IMG/VR virus record: IMGVR_UViG_3300027963_000034
Coordinates: 186,552-250,551 of that record
Direction: 5' to 3' (one strand)
DNA length: 64,000 bases
Source of the DNA: a virus
Lineage: Duplodnaviria > Heunggongvirae > Uroviricota > Caudoviricetes
Below are positions 20,040-27,989 of this stretch, piece by piece. Below the pieces are notes generated by a model, which saw nothing but the letters and a program-made list of their open reading frames with translations, was not told where the DNA came from and did no database searches. A program made the position numbers and the translations under genes. Within the stretch, counting starts at the first letter, position 1, and each line of letters begins with the position of its first letter.

Positions 20040-20313
20040 TGTTCAATTGTTTTTTATATATAGTGAGAGGTTTTAGTTTTCTACCGTCCTTTTCACTTTT
20101 AAGAACCCCTCTCATTAAGGATTGGTATTCACCCCTATCTATTGCCGTGTTTATAATATCGTTAATCTCTAACTCGTCCGATAAGTTCTTATAATCTTCT
20201 TTTGAGTATTCCGTTATATGTTCTTCCTTTCTTTTATAACCTGTGATGTGAGCCACTCCTACTGAACAACCAAATTCATCTGCCGATTCAATATATACAT
20301 GCTCTTTTAACAT
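19996..20313 (-). CDS. hypothetical protein
   Basis: 105-aa ORF. Confidence 0.4.
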   Translation of the reverse strand: MLKEHVYIESADEFGCSVGVAHITGYKRKEEHITEYSKEDYKNLSDELEINDIINTAIDRGEYQSLMRGVLKSEKDGRKLKPLTIYKKQLNNGIGKVFKSPRKVF

Positions 20314-20315
20314 TC

Positions 20316-20516
20316 TTATTTCTTTTTTTCTCTAACTAATGGTCTAACAAATGTTCCGTTCTTTTGATTCATCTTATCCCTATCGGTTCTATCGAATCCC
20401 GCGTTACCACATCTGGTTAAGAAATCTTCGTCGTTCTCTCCAGGGATTCTTTCACAATACCCTTCGAACATTTTAACCATTAATTCCTTTAACCTCATCT
20501 GTCTCTCTATTCTCAT
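20316..20516 (-). CDS. hypothetical protein
   Basis: 66-aa ORF, stop/start coupled to its neighbours. Confidence 0.35.
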   Translation of the reverse strand: MRIERQMRLKELMVKMFEGYCERIPGENDEDFLTRCGNAGFDRTDRDKMNQKNGTFVRPLVREKKK

Positions 20517-20893
20517 TACTTATGTATTGTTTTCTTTGTAATTTCTAAACCCGCTTTGATTTTATCTAATCCTGCTTTTAATCTCGCTTTATCTAACGAT
20601 GGTTTCATACTTACATTTGCCGTTGATACTTTTCCTGGCATAAAGAATCGAAATGCTCCTACTTTACCTACTACCTTTTTAGTTGATGGGTAGTATTTTA
20701 AATCGGATTCCTTATCATCCTTATCATATAAAGATATAATTTCTCTTGCTTCATCTTCGGAAATACCCTTTGGGTGTGATATTACTATACCAAACATTGC
20801 CGATTCTCCTGAATTGGTTGGGAATAAATGATTTCTATTCGTAAAAGTGTACGAATAAGGTCCCTCTTTTAATAAATCAATTAATTTTATCAT
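20516..20893 (-). CDS. hypothetical protein
   Basis: 125-aa ORF. Confidence 0.45.
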   Translation of the reverse strand: MIKLIDLLKEGPYSYTFTNRNHLFPTNSGESAMFGIVISHPKGISEDEAREIISLYDKDDKESDLKYYPSTKKVVGKVGAFRFFMPGKVSTANVSMKPSLDKARLKAGLDKIKAGLEITKKTIHK

Positions 20894-20910
20894 ACTAATA
20901 AATATCTTAC

Positions 20911-20941
20911 AAAATAAAAAACCCCCACTATAAAGTGAGGG
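20911..20941 (-). terminator. rho-independent terminator (minus strand)
   Basis: Stem cccccact/agtgaggg (one mismatch) with a 4-nt loop at 20922-20941. On the minus strand it is followed by TTTTTTATTTT (rc of 20911-20921). Confidence 0.5.
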
Positions 20942-21217
20942 TCTCTGTTTATACCTTAATAAACTTCTTTCCGAATTTAATAAGATGTGGTATTACCAAC
21001 CATCCTACTACTGCTCCCACTACGAATTGTAATGAAAATACGAAATCTAATACTGCCATTTTCGTTTTGTTTAAGTTAGAAAATATGTCAACCTATTCCG
21101 ATATCGTAGTAATAAATATCAATTAAAAAATCCTTAAACAAATAAAATTCAGTTAAAAGGGTAGTTAGTATGTCACATACTATATCAAAATAACTCGTAT
21201 AGGGAAAAAAAGTCCCC

Positions 21218-21248
21218 CCGGTATGCAAGGGAGTCCGACCGGTTTTTT
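21218..21248 (+). terminator. possible plus-strand rho-independent terminator
   Basis: ccggt-N15-accgg followed by TTTTTT (21243-21248). Lies in a protein-free ~300-bp region. Confidence 0.3.
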
Positions 21249-21383
21249 AGTGACTCACTTTTATCTAGCTACACGATATTCAGTGTCTCTCGTTCCAGTC
21301 TTTATTTAAGCTTTTAATGCTTTTCGTCTCTTTATAACTATCGAGGAAACGAATAAAATGTGGAAAAAAAAGGGCATGAAAAT

Positions 21384-21409
21384 ACCGCAACGATTTTACT
21401 CATTGCGGT
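21384..21409 (-). terminator. possible terminator hairpin
   Basis: accgcaa-N12-ttgcggt. On the minus strand it is followed by a U-rich tract (rc of tggaaaaaaaagggcatgaaaat). Lies downstream of the 21433..21654 ORF. Confidence 0.35.
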
Positions 21410-21432
21410 TTCATCACTCTATATAAGTGAGC

Positions 21433-21654
21433 TTAGTTATACATTCTTTGTACCCATTTAGGATAGTAGTCTTGATATTGATTCATTAATTCACTTGCTC
21501 TATGCTTACTATCATTAAGCTTCTCTACTCTACTACCTATGTTTAATTCCTTACACCAGTCTTTAAATGCTTTTAAATGCATTGTTTCACTTCGTTCTCT
21601 CTCTATACTATCATATGTATCTATATCTACATTGACTATACTATGTACGTCCAT
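21433..21654 (-). CDS. hypothetical protein
   Basis: 73-aa ORF. Confidence 0.35.
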   Translation of the reverse strand: MDVHSIVNVDIDTYDSIERERSETMHLKAFKDWCKELNIGSRVEKLNDSKHRASELMNQYQDYYPKWVQRMYN

Positions 21655-21691
21655 ATCCTTGCTGATTTTATTTTTATTAAGATTGTCCGAA

Positions 21692-21922
21692 TTAGGCCTT
21701 TGCTTTGGGTGGGTTCATTTCAAATACTTCCTTTAAGTACTCGTCCTGCTCAGCCTCGTCCGTAGCAACCATTTCATTGTATCGTTCTAACAGTCGTAAC
21801 GCGGTACGGAGCTCATCCAATTGTTTTGATGCTGCCCATTTAGGTTTACCGTCTTGCAACCCTTTAATCTTTTTCATTAATACTACTTCGTCGTGCTTCA
21901 ATTTACTTATTGCGTAATCCAT
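21692..21922 (-). CDS. hypothetical protein
   Basis: 76-aa ORF. Confidence 0.35.
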   Translation of the reverse strand: MDYAISKLKHDEVVLMKKIKGLQDGKPKWAASKQLDELRTALRLLERYNEMVATDEAEQDEYLKEVFEMNPPKAKA

Positions 21923-22328
21923 GTTTGTTTTTGTTTAAATGTTTCTTTATGTGTGCCCAACAGGCAGATGTATGTTTCTTTTCAGCGTATCTAGCAGCCC
22001 GTTCATACGGATTTCTACTATATGTACCAGGGTATTTAAAGTATTTTGTTCTAATTGGTTGTAATTGATGTGTCCATTCGTGTATGCAGGTTTGAATAAG
22101 TTCTCTGACTGTATCACAATTGTCCCAATACACATGCACTTCATTATCTTCATCGTCGTACTCACCACATAGGTCCGGCTCATATCCTTTACGAATGGAC
22201 CATACAGGTTTGTATTTTTTCCTATTGTTCACTCCAAGTTCACGCTCGCACCAGCGCAATGCCATATTAGCGATACGGAATGTTGGCTGTCTACCCAGTC
22301 TCGATATCGGGGTGCTTAAATAAATCAT
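21903..22328 (-). CDS. HExxH zinc-metallopeptidase-like protein (SprT/DUF45-like)
   Basis: CIHEWTHQLQ gives an HExxH motif in a 141-aa protein. Confidence 0.4.
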   Translation of the reverse strand: MIYLSTPISRLGRQPTFRIANMALRWCERELGVNNRKKYKPVWSIRKGYEPDLCGEYDDEDNEVHVYWDNCDTVRELIQTCIHEWTHQLQPIRTKYFKYPGTYSRNPYERAARYAEKKHTSACWAHIKKHLNKNKHGLRNK

Positions 22329-22461
22329 TCACATTAGTTTTAGTTATAAAAAAAGGGATAGCGTTCTTGGACACTACCCCTATATTAATATCGGGCTTTT
22401 GTTGTAAAGTAAATCGGAGAATAACCAATTGAGTAAGTAACCAAGATGCCTTTCGATATCA

Positions 22462-22500
22462 TTGAGCGAAGTGAGGGAATCGAACCCTCACTTTCCTTAA
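22462..22500 (-). other. tRNA 3'-end-like fragment (T-arm plus acceptor 3' strand), not a complete tRNA
   Basis: The minus strand reads gtgagg-GTTCGATTCC-ctcac-ttcgctca, a perfect T-stem with a consensus T-loop. No matching 5' acceptor, D-arm or anticodon arm is found upstream. Confidence 0.4.
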
Positions 22501-22511
22501 CTCCGCTATAA

Positions 22512-22826
22512 TTACTTAGTCGCAGTTGTATCTGCTACTGGAGCAACTGCTGTTGTATCTACAATTGTAGAATCAGTTGCAGTTGAATCAGCTTTCACTT
22601 CGTTTGAAGCACCGGTTCCACACGCTACCATACCTACTGAAAGAATTAATGCCATAGCACCTACTTTAGCCGTTGATAAGATAGTTGATAAACGCTTTGC
22701 GTTGTATAACGCTCTAGTCGTAAAGAAATCACGCTTTTGCTCGCTTTGAGTAGTCGCTGCTTCGTTTAAGTTGTTTACTAACTCTGTTACTTGATAATTC
22801 ACTTTTGTACTAATTTTCTTAGCCAT
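22512..22826 (-). CDS. hypothetical membrane-anchored protein
   Basis: 104 aa with a hydrophobic segment VGAMALILSVGMVACG. GC-richer coding sequence. Confidence 0.4.
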   Translation of the reverse strand: MAKKISTKVNYQVTELVNNLNEAATTQSEQKRDFFTTRALYNAKRLSTILSTAKVGAMALILSVGMVACGTGASNEVKADSTATDSTIVDTTAVAPVADTTATK

Positions 22827-22930
22827 ATTATTTTTTGGTTCCCTTTAAGTTATTAATTGTTCAAGCTCCATTAAGGCGGGTCCCTTTTACCTTAGCTTCG
22901 CTTGTATCTTTATGTCGTTGTTTGTATATA

Positions 22931-22963
22931 CAATATACGACTAATTTTTTATATTACCAAATC
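22931..22963 (-). promoter_or_regulatory. conserved phage promoter motif (sigma-A-like)
   Basis: caatatacgac-N11-tattaccaaat. Confidence 0.45.
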
Positions 22964-23027
22964 TATTTTAATAAGGGCCGGCAGTGAGGTAACCATTATG
23001 AATATGTACCCCACGCCGGCAATCACT

Positions 23028-23396
23028 TTACTTTAAGAAATTATCTTCGTATTGATAACGCAGACCTTTTGCTGAACCGATTGGATTCAAATCCTTATCA
23101 ACATATCGTTTACCGGTATGAGCAAAGTATTCACTTAACAGGTGTGTTTTTAATCTTTGAAATTCATAATAGAATCCATTAGAATCCTGTTTAAGCTTAA
23201 TACCATATCCATATGCCATAGTAACATGCTTAACGCCACCATGCGTTTTAATCCTTCCAGTCGTTGGTAAAATGGTTGCCATAGCACCTTCACATTCTTT
23301 GAAAGGATTGTCAATGTAGAATCTAAACTTTTTAGATTTACTATCGTATGGAATATGCCCTTCATACTGGTTTGTAAATAGTATAATATTTTTCAT
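23028..23396 (-). CDS. hypothetical protein
   Basis: 122-aa ORF. Confidence 0.45.
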   Translation of the reverse strand: MKNIILFTNQYEGHIPYDSKSKKFRFYIDNPFKECEGAMATILPTTGRIKTHGGVKHVTMAYGYGIKLKQDSNGFYYEFQRLKTHLLSEYFAHTGKRYVDKDLNPIGSAKGLRYQYEDNFLK

Positions 23397-23443
23397 AATC
23401 GAAATGGGTTAACCTAATACACCACAAGGTTTTTATTGTTTAA

Positions 23444-23815
23444 TTATTTATCAGTATCTTCTGGTCTAGTCGCCATGTTGTCACGCATCATAGCCGGCAC
23501 AATCTCTTCAAGCGCCGGTATCATTTCACTCAATTCCTTTGAAGCAACTGCGTCTTTTTTCTCACGTTTAGATACTAGGTTTTTGATTAGGGATGTTTCA
23601 AGCTTAATCATTTTGTTGCCTGATTCCATTTCACTCACATATTTGCGTACTGACTCTTCGTCCACAAACATACGAGGCTTGTCCATTTTAGGACCGGATA
23701 ACTCAATCACTTCATATATGTGCTTACCGTCACCAAAGTTCAGTTTCTTATTCTTTACTACGGCTTTAAAACCTCTTTTACCTAACTTAATTTCTTTTAC
23801 TTTTACTTTACTCAT
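23444..23815 (-). CDS. hypothetical protein
   Basis: 123-aa basic protein. Confidence 0.45.
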   Translation of the reverse strand: MSKVKVKEIKLGKRGFKAVVKNKKLNFGDGKHIYEVIELSGPKMDKPRMFVDEESVRKYVSEMESGNKMIKLETSLIKNLVSKREKKDAVASKELSEMIPALEEIVPAMMRDNMATRPEDTDK

Positions 23816-23825
23816 ATACTATCTT

Positions 23826-24140
23826 TTAGTGTGTTGAATTTAATTCGTATTTAAATTCTTTTAACAATTGCGTTTCAATTTTATGTGCTAGTGCTTTACC
23901 TCTCACTATATCCACAATAAACAACTCGTATACTTCTTGGTCATTCTCTCGCATATCAATATACAACGCCCATTGTTTGTTTTCTTTACGAGCTCTACTG
24001 AAATGTTTTTGTAACCTCAATTTAGCAGAGTAGTGGAAACGTCTACCAATTGCCGCGGTGATACCTAAATAACTTTTACCATTGCTAGTGTTTACTATTT
24101 CGTACAATACGTGGTTTCTATCGTTTCTCTTTTTTCTCAT
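23826..24140 (-). CDS. GIY-YIG nuclease-domain protein
   Basis: VLYEIVN...GKSYLGIT reproduces the GIY-(x9-11)-YIG spacing, with a following basic region. 104 aa. Confidence 0.5.
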   Translation of the reverse strand: MRKKRNDRNHVLYEIVNTSNGKSYLGITAAIGRRFHYSAKLRLQKHFSRARKENKQWALYIDMRENDQEVYELFIVDIVRGKALAHKIETQLLKEFKYELNSTH

Positions 24141-24141
24141 T

Positions 24142-24387
24142 CTATTTTAATCTTTTAATTTCACTTACTAAATTACCTACTTCAATCGGACTCATTTTTG
24201 TATTAGTCCAGTCGGTTATGTATGCGTAAGCATCTTTCCTATTGGCGAAATACTTTTGGAATTTATTAGGACCGGTTACTTTGTATATTTCGTATGTAGC
24301 CGGCTCGAATTCATTATCCTTCATTCTCAATACTCTATTAACTTTTTTGACTGAGTAATTACTCTTTATGTTTAACTTACTTTTCAT
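24142..24387 (-). CDS. hypothetical protein
   Basis: 81-aa ORF. Confidence 0.4.
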   Translation of the reverse strand: MKSKLNIKSNYSVKKVNRVLRMKDNEFEPATYEIYKVTGPNKFQKYFANRKDAYAYITDWTNTKMSPIEVGNLVSEIKRLK

Positions 24388-24485
24388 ATTACTTACTTTT
24401 AATGGTTTGTACTATTGTTTTGATTAGTGTATATCCTAAAATTGATACCACTGCGATTACTATTGTTTCTCCTATTGTTATCATA

Positions 24486-24722
24486 TTATTTTGCTTGTTT
24501 TGACATATCCTTTAACACTTGATATAGTATTGATAGGTTTTCTAATTTTTTGTTACTCATATCATTCATTGGTTTACAATCGGTTTCCAATGCGATACCC
24601 ATTAATTGAACAACGGACTTTAATTGTTTCTTAGTCATTGTTAGTGTTATTTCGTTTTCGTTATACATATTATTTTGTTTTATTTTTAATGATTTGAAAT
24701 GAAAATTGCCGGTTATTACCAA
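24486..24722 (-). CDS. hypothetical protein
   Basis: 78-aa ORF. Confidence 0.35.
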   Translation of the reverse strand: MVITGNFHFKSLKIKQNNMYNENEITLTMTKKQLKSVVQLMGIALETDCKPMNDMSNKKLENLSILYQVLKDMSKQAK

Positions 24723-25090
24723 CCAGCAATTTCGTTAATTAATTTGTTACTAAACCCTAACGGATTCAATTCACTTCTTAATTCTTTAAGAAACTTTTTC
24801 TCAATACGGCCTAATTTGATAGGATATTGTGAAACGATACTTTTTAAGGTAGCAGTTTCCTGTTTAAAGATACTTAAAAACGCTTGAGCTTCACTCATTT
24901 GTTTTCGGTTATTACATACGATTCTATGTTTTTTACCCATAAAGTCGGTATACTCAACTATACACATAGTTTTACGACCATTACTCATTTTACTCGCGGC
25001 AAAATTCTTATACGGATTATCAATAATGCTTGATAAACGATTTGAACCCGTTTTAACTGACTCTTTGAACTCTAAATTGAACTTACTCAT
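24716..25090 (-). CDS. hypothetical protein
   Basis: 124-aa ORF. First gene downstream of the iteron-bearing intergenic region. Confidence 0.45.
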   Translation of the reverse strand: MSKFNLEFKESVKTGSNRLSSIIDNPYKNFAASKMSNGRKTMCIVEYTDFMGKKHRIVCNNRKQMSEAQAFLSIFKQETATLKSIVSQYPIKLGRIEKKFLKELRSELNPLGFSNKLINEIAGW

Positions 25091-25119
25091 ATTATTAAAT
25101 TTTTATATATTTTCTATCT

Positions 25120-25330
25120 TTTTGACCCTTACAGGTCTAAGATACAACTTTTTTTTAATCTGGCCAAATGTTTTGAAAAGAAAGTTTATTGACAATCAAT
25201 GAGTTACGCTTATAACAAAAAAACATATATGTAACTCGTTGATACTCAATCAAGAATTTTTGGGACGTAACTCATTGATTTTCAACACATTACGCCAACC
25301 AATTCAGTATCAATCAGTTACGCATTAGAG
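25120..25330. repeat. intergenic repeat element, copy 1 (iteron-like inverted repeats of GTAACTCATTGAT)
   Basis: The blocks ctggccaaatgttttgaaaag, caatcaatgagttacgc, gtaactcgttgatactcaatcaagaattttt and gacgtaactcattgat have a near-identical second copy at 49425-49690. Confidence 0.6.
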
Positions 25331-26011
25331 AATTTCTATATCGGTCCGTAGCTTATTTAAATAATTTCTAACGAAACATTTATTTTGTTTGACGCAATTC
25401 AATACTGGTAAGGCTCTTGGTAAATTCAAATATTTTTCGTATCTTACAGGAGGTAGACCAGGCCTGTATTGCGTGGGTTTGACCGGTATAACAAAAATAA
25501 AATCAGTAAAAAAATAAAGCGTGTTGGACCGGGTTACTCGCCTGTAATTCACGATCCAGTTAGTACCCGTATTCGATTTTTATCCCCTATAAATTTTTTT
25601 AATCCAAGCGTGTAAATAGGTGGGATATTAACATTCTTTATGACAGATTATTATTACACTCTTGGTTTATTGTTTAGTGTTTGTATGTTAAATTAAAAAT
25701 GACACACTTCAATTGTTTGACAGATTTTACCACTTACTAACACTTTTTACCACTTATTCCCCTAATCTTTATTATTTTGATATGGTATTGATTGATATAC
25801 TATCCACTCTATATTGAATACGATTGAATGAACACTCAGCATCAAAGTCTTTATCTTTATACATCGTTTGATAATACATTCCAATCTTATTCTTATCGGT
25901 CTTTTTATTCTCTGCCATTATCTTTGCTATAATCGGGTTGGAATTAATCTTATACATTAGTTCTCGCCAATTCGTTTTATTCTTATTCTTATCTCTATTA
26001 TACATCATATT

Positions 26012-26170
26012 CTATTTTCGATATTCTATACTTCTAAAATTACTTGCACCTTTACTCAATCCTTTTAATTCATTCACTTCATATAGTACACATATCAATC
26101 CTATTATACCCACTACCATTAATATAAAGGTTATACCCTCTACTATATCTTTTGTTTCGATTGTTAGCAT
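26012..26170 (-). CDS. small membrane protein (52 aa), tandem paralog A
   Basis: My own rc translation gives MLTIETKDIVEGITFILMVVGIIGLICVLYEVNELKGLSKGASN... It shares the ELKGLSK motif and an 18-nt DNA repeat (ctcaatccttttaattca) with 26262..26417. Confidence 0.35.
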   Translation of the reverse strand: MLTIETKDIVEGITFILMVVGIIGLICVLYEVNELKGLSKGASNFRSIEYRK

Positions 26171-26261
26171 ATACTATTTACTTAATAACTTTAAAATACC
26201 TCTTATCAATCCTATTACCAGTATGTAGTATAAACCGATTACTATTATCTTTGTTATCATT

Positions 26262-26417
26262 TTACTTTCTTATTTGTGTTTTATATTCTCTTATATCCTT
26301 ACTCAATCCTTTTAATTCATGTAGAGCAATGAGTAACCCTAACATACCCACTACTGCCATTGTCCATATGATACCTTCTATTATTTTAAATCCTTTATTA
26401 CTTAAATACTTACTCAT
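26262..26417 (-). CDS. small membrane protein (51 aa), tandem paralog B
   Basis: My own rc translation gives MSKYLSNKGFKIIEGIIWTMAVVGMLGLLIALHELKGLSKDIREYK... A 29-codon hydrophobic ORF (MITKIIVIGLYYILVIGLIRGILKLLSK) sits between A and B. Confidence 0.35.
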   Translation of the reverse strand: MSKYLSNKGFKIIEGIIWTMAVVGMLGLLIALHELKGLSKDIREYKTQIRK

Positions 26418-26458
26418 TCCTTGCTGAATTTATTTTATCTTACTTTTCAAAATCGTTT

Positions 26459-26623
26459 TTAGTTTTTCCACTCACCCGTTCTTAATAGGTCGGTTATTAA
26501 GTCCATACTCTGCAATGTAGTAAGGTAGACGGGTGCTGCATACCTTTTACCTTTGTATATTACACACGTCGGCTGCCATACTAACTGACCGTTATCTATT
26601 TCTATATTTTTTATTGTTATCAT
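26459..26623 (-). CDS. small MLTIKN-family protein (54 aa, below the ORF-track cutoff)
   Basis: My own rc translation gives MITIKNIEIDNGQLVWQPTCVIYKGKRYAAPVYL... It shares the conserved ATGCTAACAATAAAGAA-type start with the other family members. Confidence 0.3.
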   Translation of the reverse strand: MITIKNIEIDNGQLVWQPTCVIYKGKRYAAPVYLTTLQSMDLITDLLRTGEWKN

Positions 26624-26653
26624 ACTATCAAAAAATTTTCCTTAAACGACTCA

Positions 26654-26667
26654 CCCCCAACCCCCGC
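26654..26667. repeat. G-rich motif (copy 2, inverted: cccccaacccccgc)
   Basis: Reverse complement of the 18227-18241 motif. Lies about 35 nt upstream of the 26623 start codon. Confidence 0.5.
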
Positions 26668-26851
26668 CCCTTCGGTTCGTGGTTTGTGGTTTCGTATTAA
26701 CCTAATGTTTTATGGTTTAACTTATTCAGGTTCTTTATTGTAATCATACTATTTTCTTTTACTAGCTATTCTCATTACCTTACGAATACCCATTACTTTC
26801 CTGTGTTTTCTTTTTACCTTGTTCATTTTTATTTGTTTTAATTGTTATTGA

Positions 26852-27097
26852 TTATTTGTCCAATTCGTTTTCAAATGCTTCTATTGCCTTCATAACATTA
26901 CTTGGTGTATCTATTTTGTCGCCAATTGTAACGAAACCAATTGTTAATATAGCAAATACTATCCCAATACTAAATTCGACTACTCGTTCACTATGTAATT
27001 GGCTATCCTTTACATTAACTCCATTATGGGTAGTCAGATGTAATCCTAACATTGTTTCCCTTTTACTGAATATACTAATTCCTAATTCTACTTTCAT
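26852..27097 (-). CDS. small membrane protein
   Basis: 81 aa, hydrophobic helix VVEFSIGIVFAILTIGFVTIG. Confidence 0.35.
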   Translation of the reverse strand: MKVELGISIFSKRETMLGLHLTTHNGVNVKDSQLHSERVVEFSIGIVFAILTIGFVTIGDKIDTPSNVMKAIEAFENELDK

Positions 27098-27106
27098 ATT
27101 TTGTTT

Positions 27107-27448
27107 TTAAAATGGTCCATTTGAATAAAACGGATTGTTTATTCCCTGTGCTTTTGGTTTATGATGTGTTATAAGTTTTTCCAATGTATCTAGTATTTTA
27201 TTTTTTGATACACTACCTTTCATTATCCATGTCCGACCGAATTGTATTATATCTGCCCCATCCCTTAATACCATTTCGTACTCACCAGATTCTGTCCCTT
27301 CTCTAAATATTTTTAAAGTGTATGGTGTACTATTATATGCAACTCTAAAAATATAATTTTCGGCCGTTTCACCTATTTCACCTATTCTAAAATCTTTATA
27401 ATGATGTGCCCAACCCTCTAATGATTTATAATTCTTTATTGTTATCAT
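27107..27448 (-). CDS. MLTIKN-family protein
   Basis: Starts MITIKNYKSLEGW. Member of the window-wide N-terminal family. Confidence 0.45.
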   Translation of the reverse strand: MITIKNYKSLEGWAHHYKDFRIGEIGETAENYIFRVAYNSTPYTLKIFREGTESGEYEMVLRDGADIIQFGRTWIMKGSVSKNKILDTLEKLITHHKPKAQGINNPFYSNGPF

Positions 27449-27687
27449 ATTACCAATTACGAATTAACTCTTTAAACATATTAAATAGCATAAAGAATGC
27501 AAATCCACCTACTAATATTGTTAGTCCTATTACTATTGTCTTTGCAATAAACTCTAATACATTTGACCAATTAATTTTTTTCATATTATTTTTATTTATT
27601 TGATTGTTCTAAACATTTATTACACATACCATCCTCATTTAACAATGTAGAATGTATTGTGCATATTTGATTTTGTTTTCCATACTA

Positions 27688-27719
27688 CAATATACGAAAT
27701 ATTTTTCACTTTACCAAAT
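27688..27719 (-). promoter_or_regulatory. conserved phage promoter motif (sigma-A-like)
   Basis: caatatacgaa-N11-tttaccaaat. Confidence 0.45.
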
Positions 27720-27988
27720 TAGATAGTCTGCATGCAAATGATAATTTTATCTATTGTGTCAAACTCATCTTTGTTTAACCAAATGGTTTTACTATTGTAT
27801 TCCATAACATACATTCCGTTGTCCGTTTGTTGTCTATGTAGTAATATCGTTTCGTAATTCGGTTTGCCAACTGTCGCATATCCTAATGTAAATTCATAAT
27901 ACGATTTTTCCTCTTTAACTACAATAACATTAAATACTTCGTTGTAAGTTTCACCTATTATAGTTTGTATGTTTTTTATTGTTAGCAT
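27719..27988 (-). CDS. MLTIKN-family protein
   Basis: Starts MLTIKNIQTIIGETY and carries the family's YYEF-T aromatic block. Confidence 0.45.
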   Translation of the reverse strand: MLTIKNIQTIIGETYNEVFNVIVVKEEKSYYEFTLGYATVGKPNYETILLHRQQTDNGMYVMEYNSKTIWLNKDEFDTIDKIIICMQTI

Positions 27989-27989
27989 A

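Noticed and set aside
22462-22500. Possible complete tRNA gene at the T-arm-like sequence
   Set aside because: I could not find a complementary 5' acceptor strand, D-arm or anticodon arm in the 80 nt upstream on the minus strand. Kept only as a tRNA 3'-fragment.
25325-25552. 75-aa minus-strand ORF inside the iteron-bearing intergenic region
   Set aside because: It overlaps the repeat blocks and GC-rich patch. Its translation is low-complexity with no start context like neighbouring genes. More likely non-coding regulatory DNA.
25938-26427. Plus-strand ORFs 25938..26228 and 26152..26427 (hydrophobic 91-96 aa)
   Set aside because: The minus strand here encodes two paralogous small TM proteins with a conserved motif and proper starts. 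The plus-strand frames are their antisense.
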